The notes beneath the pieces were generated by a model. It was not told the origin of the DNA. It did no database searches and saw nothing but the letters and a program-made list of their open reading frames with translations. The position numbers were made by a program, and so were the translations under genes. Positions 63,164-64,000 of a stretch of DNA of 64,000 nucleotides are shown in pieces (position 1 is the stretch's first letter; every line of letters starts with the position of its first letter). This DNA comes from Candidatus Latescibacterota bacterium (GTDB taxonomy: Bacteria; Latescibacterota; UBA2968): contig OZ240241.1 of NCBI GenBank assembly GCA_965198115.1, positions 1,472,001-1,536,000 on the forward strand, given 5' to 3'.

Positions 63164-63197
63164 TTAACACGGATTTAACTTGGATTTAACTTGTAAC
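63164..63197. promoter_or_regulatory. Tandem TTAAC boxes with 11-bp period (OmpR/PhoB-type operator candidate)
   Basis: TTAAC at 63164, 63175, 63186; GGATTTAACTT twice. Confidence 0.5.
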
Positions 63198-63251
63198 ATC
63201 TAATACGAGCGGCCTATTTTCTGGCCCAATCAGAAGTCACACGGGATGTAA

Positions 63252-63626
<375 letters not shown>

Positions 63627-63659
63627 CCCACACGCATACCGACAGAGAAAGGATTTGCC

Positions 63660-64000
63660 ATGAAGTCCCTGTTCTCCCGGCTCGCTGTAATCAGCCTGAT
63701 CTTTCTACCGACCCGCGCTTTCGCCGACGAGCTGAACTCGGGCGATACAGCGTGGATGCTCACATCGACCGCGCTCGTCCTGTTCATGACTATTCCTGGA
63801 CTGGCCCTCTTCTATGGCGGCCTCGTCCGCGTAAAGAACGTCCTGTCCGTGCTGATGCAATGCTTCGCACTCACGGCTCTGATGACGATTGTATGGATCG
63901 TCGTCGGCTACAGCATCGCCTTCGATACGACAGGAATGGAAGCGGGTGTCATGAACTTCGCTTCATTCGCCGGAAGTTTGAACACAGCTTTTCTGTCCGG
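63660..64000 (+). CDS. amtB: Ammonium transporter, 5' part
   Basis: GDTAWMLTSTALVLFMTIPGLALFYGGLVRVKNVLS. Confidence 0.95.
   Translation, partial: MKSLFSRLAVISLIFLPTRAFADELNSGDTAWMLTSTALVLFMTIPGLALFYGGLVRVKNVLSVLMQCFALTALMTIVWIVVGYSIAFDTTGMEAGVMNFASFAGSLNTAFLS

Overview
GC-rich bacterial chromosome segment. The accessory gene mix (Gfo/Idh/MocA oxidoreductases, PhyH dioxygenases, TIM-barrel isomerases, a sulfatase) resembles Latescibacterota/Poribacteria-like heterotrophs, but this is inference only. An intact housekeeping block (tilS-ftsH-folP, purM, holA, trxA, galU, rnd; about 6-20 kb) sits among accessory genes that are decaying. There are 12 IS copies from 4 families (6 ISL3, 3 IS1380, 2 IS200, 1 IS630; about 14.8 kb, about 23% of the window) and more than 10 frameshifted or IS-split genes. 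Four observations stand out. (1) A GxxExxY nuclease gene has its internal blocks in scrambled order (A-C-B), with every junction at a GT dinucleotide, and is bracketed by CACTGAG-based inverted repeats. (2) An ISL3-in-IS1380 nested element occurs twice with an identical junction. (3) The ISL3 copies show mosaic SNP patterns, and one IS1380 has non-matching flanks. (4) Several unusual enzyme or signalling genes are present: a degenerate DUF2225-GGDEF protein, a glucuronokinase-like kinase next to galU, and a LarA homolog with an altered catalytic His. No rRNA, tRNA or CRISPR array was seen.
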